From positions 43,030 through 107,029 of IMG/VR virus record IMGVR_UViG_3300033156_000775: a stretch of 64,000 nucleotides of DNA; one strand, 5' to 3'. A program made the translations under genes and the position numbers. This DNA is from a virus. Shown here piece by piece: positions 60,867 through 64,000 of this stretch. Every line of letters starts with the position of its first letter. The first letter of the stretch is position 1. The notes under the pieces were generated by a model. It did no database searches. It was not told the DNA's origin and was given only the letters and a program-made list of their open reading frames with translations.

Positions 60867-63381
60867 GAAGTGGACGAACAAGATCTACTTAGGAGATGCA
60901 TTGTCAGTACTCAAGAAGCTACCTAGCAACCTAGTGAATTGTATAGTCACTTCTCCTCCATACTACAGACTTAGAGACTATCAGGTGGAGGGACAAATAG
61001 GGCTGGAGGACACTCCTCAGGAATACATTGAGAGGCTAGTAGATGTCTTTAGGGAAGCTAGGAGAGTTCTTAGGGACGATGGGGCCCTATGGTTGAACCT
61101 AGGGGACACTTACTATTCTGGTAAGGGAGAGATCTATTCTGGTAGAAGCTCAGATGACTACACTAAAGCTGTGTCCCATAGCTGGAGACCTAAAGTCTTT
61201 AGCAACTGGCTTAGACATAAGCAACTGTTACTGATCCCTCCTAGAGTAGCCATAGCTATGCAGGAGGATGGATGGCTCCTTAGGAATGTTGTTGTCTGGG
61301 AGAAGACAAATCCAATGCCCTCTTGTTTATCTGAGGATACAGAGATTTACATTCGAGAGAACAATCAAGTCAAAGTTCTTACTTTAGGAGCACTTTATGC
61401 TAGTGGTATAGAAGGGAAGGAAATATTAACACCTCATGGCTGGAAAAGAATCAGGAAAATATGGAAAGTGAAAAAAGAAAAATACTTACAATTCAGGTTT
61501 GGTTCTTCCAGTGAGGTTAAATGTTCTTTAGATCACCGATTTCCTGTTAGTCATGACAATAGAAGGAAAAATTATGAAGTCAAGAAAGCAAAAGACTTCA
61601 GGGACGACCCTCACAGAATGCTAGATAGGTTGCTTTTTGTTCCAATAGGGAAATTTCTAGAAGGTAACATAAAAGAGATATATGGAGTGAAGTTGGACTA
61701 TGAGCTAGGCAGGTTCCTTGGTCTAATAGTAGCTGAGGGCGGTTTTAATGCTCCACGAGGCCATCAATGTAAAATTACTCTTTCAAGAGAAGAAAAAGAG
61801 ACCCTTAGCTTCTTTACGAATGTTCTAAAAGAAAGATTTAACCAGTATTTTAGCATCTATGAAATGGACAACTATGTGAGTTGCCTATTTAGTTCTCTGT
61901 TAATTAGAAAGCTCTATGAAAAAGTCTGTAAAGGTAAGTGTAAAGAAAAAGAGCTTAACTTGAATTTTATTCTGAATACACCTCTTGAGTTTAGACAAGG
62001 TCTGTTCGATGGAATTATTGAAGGAGATGGGCATTATGATGAAAATGGAAGGATTAGCTATGGGACAGCTTCCGAAGCTCTGAGGAACCATGTTTATCTC
62101 TTAGCAAGTTCGATAGGCTTACTTGCTTCTAGACATCCTCCCATAAAACGACTTGATAAAAGAACTCAGAAGGTATATACTTTATATCCCCTAACAATTC
62201 CACTTTCTCTTCAAAGGGAAGTTATCAAAGGTGAAATGGTAAAGATGGGCTATTATAATCGAAAACTCCAGAAATATATCCCTTCAAAATATCGTAATGA
62301 GTTCTATGCCAAAACGCTGAAAATTACAAATATTAAAGTTGAGAAGACAGAGTGTGAATTAATAGATTTAGAAGTGGAAGGTGGTCTATTCCTGATTAAT
62401 GGTGGACTAGTTACTCATAACTCGGTAAAGGACCGTTTAAGCTGTACTTGGGAGTATATGTTCTTCTTTGTTAAGAATGAAAAGTATTATTTCGACTTAG
62501 ATGCTATCAGGGTTCCACATAAATCTAAGATAAGACAATATGGGATACGTCCAAAACAGAAGGCTAGTCCAGACTCGGTTGTTGGTGGTCCACATCGTCT
62601 CACTAGGGAATATCATCCTCTAGGGAAGAATCCAGGAGACACATGGAGCTCTAGTGAGCTAGAGGAAAAATTCACTCAGGGAATTCTGTTAGTTAGAGAA
62701 GCAATGGAACAGAGTGATCGAACATACAAAACCAAGTATACTGGAACAGGGATGGAAGGCAAACACTTTGCTTCGAGAGAAGGTAGAATAGCTAAAAGCA
62801 GAGAAGTGGCTAAAGCAGTGGCTAAACAGATATTCCCTGATAGTCCAGCATTGCAGAGACAATTCATCAAGTTCTACCATAATTTTGTTGGGCATCCATT
62901 TGGAAAGAATCCAGGGGACATATGGAAGCTACCAACAGCTAGCTTCAAGGAAGCCCATTTCGCCGTATTCCCTAGTGATCTAGTTAAGAGACCAATATTG
63001 GCAACTTGTCCACGGTGGATATGTAAAAAATGTGACAGGCCTAGAGAACGTGTAGTTAAGATAGAGAAGCTAGAGCCTGAAGATGACTCTACCAGGAAGA
63101 AGAGAGGAAGATCACAGGCTAAAATGGCTGTGATGAGGGAAGCCCCAAGCAAGGGATGGCTATCTATCCACAGGACTGTTGGATGGACAGACTGTGGATG
63201 TAATGTGGGATGGAGGAAGGGAATAGTGCTAGATCCATTCTGTGGGTCTGGAACTACATTGTATGTAGCTCAGCAGCTAGGAAGGTCCTGGATAGGTATA
63301 GACATTAAGCCTGAATATGTAGAGATGAGTAAGCGTAGGATAAGTAAGATATATGCAGATGACCTGTCCAGGTGGATATAA
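60850..63381 (+). CDS. Beta-class N4/N6 DNA methyltransferase with intein
   Basis: TSPPYY, RVLRDDG, W.K.NPMP, HFAVFP, VLDPFCGSGTT. Confidence 0.93.
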   Translation: MNLDYEKWTNKIYLGDALSVLKKLPSNLVNCIVTSPPYYRLRDYQVEGQIGLEDTPQEYIERLVDVFREARRVLRDDGALWLNLGDTYYSGKGEIYSGRSSDDYTKAVSHSWRPKVFSNWLRHKQLLLIPPRVAIAMQEDGWLLRNVVVWEKTNPMPSCLSEDTEIYIRENNQVKVLTLGALYASGIEGKEILTPHGWKRIRKIWKVKKEKYLQFRFGSSSEVKCSLDHRFPVSHDNRRKNYEVKKAKDFRDDPHRMLDRLLFVPIGKFLEGNIKEIYGVKLDYELGRFLGLIVAEGGFNAPRGHQCKITLSREEKETLSFFTNVLKERFNQYFSIYEMDNYVSCLFSSLLIRKLYEKVCKGKCKEKELNLNFILNTPLEFRQGLFDGIIEGDGHYDENGRISYGTASEALRNHVYLLASSIGLLASRHPPIKRLDKRTQKVYTLYPLTIPLSLQREVIKGEMVKMGYYNRKLQKYIPSKYRNEFYAKTLKITNIKVEKTECELIDLEVEGGLFLINGGLVTHNSVKDRLSCTWEYMFFFVKNEKYYFDLDAIRVPHKSKIRQYGIRPKQKASPDSVVGGPHRLTREYHPLGKNPGDTWSSSELEEKFTQGILLVREAMEQSDRTYKTKYTGTGMEGKHFASREGRIAKSREVAKAVAKQIFPDSPALQRQFIKFYHNFVGHPFGKNPGDIWKLPTASFKEAHFAVFPSDLVKRPILATCPRWICKKCDRPRERVVKIEKLEPEDDSTRKKRGRSQAKMAVMREAPSKGWLSIHRTVGWTDCGCNVGWRKGIVLDPFCGSGTTLYVAQQLGRSWIGIDIKPEYVEMSKRRISKIYADDLSRWI
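61324..62421 (+). mobile_element. Intein with LAGLIDADG endonuclease (366 aa)
   Basis: NPMPS|CLSEDTEI ... LGLIVAEG, GIIEGDG ... VTHN|SVKDR. Confidence 0.93.
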
Positions 63382-63619
63382 AATATGAAGAGCCTGTTTA
63401 GGAAGCTTAGGGAATGGAAATGGTTAATCCTATGGTTCGTAAGCATACAGATCTTCTTCAACACACCATTATACGTTACTAGTTGTTTACTGAAAGCATC
63501 TATGACGATGGTGTCCCGGACTACTAGCTTTCCTTTCAGTTTACAAGATTAATTCAGATCATATAAAATGACTTAACCTTTAAAAGGATAATGTAAATAG
63601 AATAAGGATGGTGTAAAGC

Positions 63620-63823
63620 TTGACCTATGATTCAAATATATACTATCATGAAGAATTCCAGCCATTAATTGCTTCAGCATTCTATTTCAGATGTCCACAA
63701 TGTGGATACCTAGTGCAATCTAACTGGAAACACTGCCCTCTTTGTGGAAGGAAGCTAGAGACAACAGGGATTTGTTTTGATTTTCCAAATAATAGGACTG
63801 ATACAAGCTCGAATTTGTATTAG
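63620..63823 (+). CDS. Zn-ribbon protein
   Basis: CPQCG...CPLCG. Confidence 0.55.
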   Translation: MTYDSNIYYHEEFQPLIASAFYFRCPQCGYLVQSNWKHCPLCGRKLETTGICFDFPNNRTDTSSNLY

Positions 63824-63836
63824 GAGGAGTTTTAAA

Positions 63837-64000
63837 TTGAAGTCAATAAGACTTTATGTTGATGGAGGATGCTTCCCTAACCCAGGAGAGAAAGCTATAG
63901 CTGTTGTCACAGCTGATGGTGAGGTTCTGGAAGCTAAACGTACTGGATATGGAACAAACAATGAAGCTGAATATGAAGCCTGTATTCGAGGACTTGAAAT
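63837..64000 (+). CDS. rnhA: RNase HI (partial, runs off window)
   Basis: GGAGG SD; LYVDGGCFPNPG...TNNEAEYEA. Confidence 0.88.
   Translation, partial: MKSIRLYVDGGCFPNPGEKAIAVVTADGEVLEAKRTGYGTNNEAEYEACIRGLE

Overview
The window looks like part of a large tailed dsDNA virus (or provirus) of an anaerobic, probably thermophilic archaeon: almost all genes are on the + strand, with GGAGG/GGTGA Shine-Dalgarno sites, TATA-like promoters and archaeal-type RadA, PolB, XPF and DNA ligase. 1-7.8 kb is the end of a virion module (tail fibre, putative TerS, intein-containing TerL). 7.9-14 kb holds small early-type ORFs and a DDE integrase-like gene. 14-31 kb is an accessory block. 32-64 kb holds replication, recombination, nucleotide-metabolism and methyltransferase genes. 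The best candidate for a new system is at about 21.9-26.1 kb. Six covarying stem-loop RNAs (shared GGAGCTTACA...RAGCTCC stem, three carrying circularly permuted tRNA-like domains) are interleaved with a ubiquitin-like gene and a second micro-ORF with the same [RK]A[VI]YG C-terminus. They lie directly upstream of a TROVE/Ro60-like vWA protein. An Rnl3-type RNA ligase, a phosphoesterase, a complete Ubl-E2-E1-JAB operon and a second E1 are nearby. Separately, the 16-bp palindrome TGTAGTCCGGACTACA occurs as 17 perfect and at least 8 near-perfect copies across the window, inside genes and at gene ends. Several genes, including TerL, carry frameshifts or short deletions that may be assembly errors. 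All calls come from motifs read by eye; no database searches or folding programs were run.
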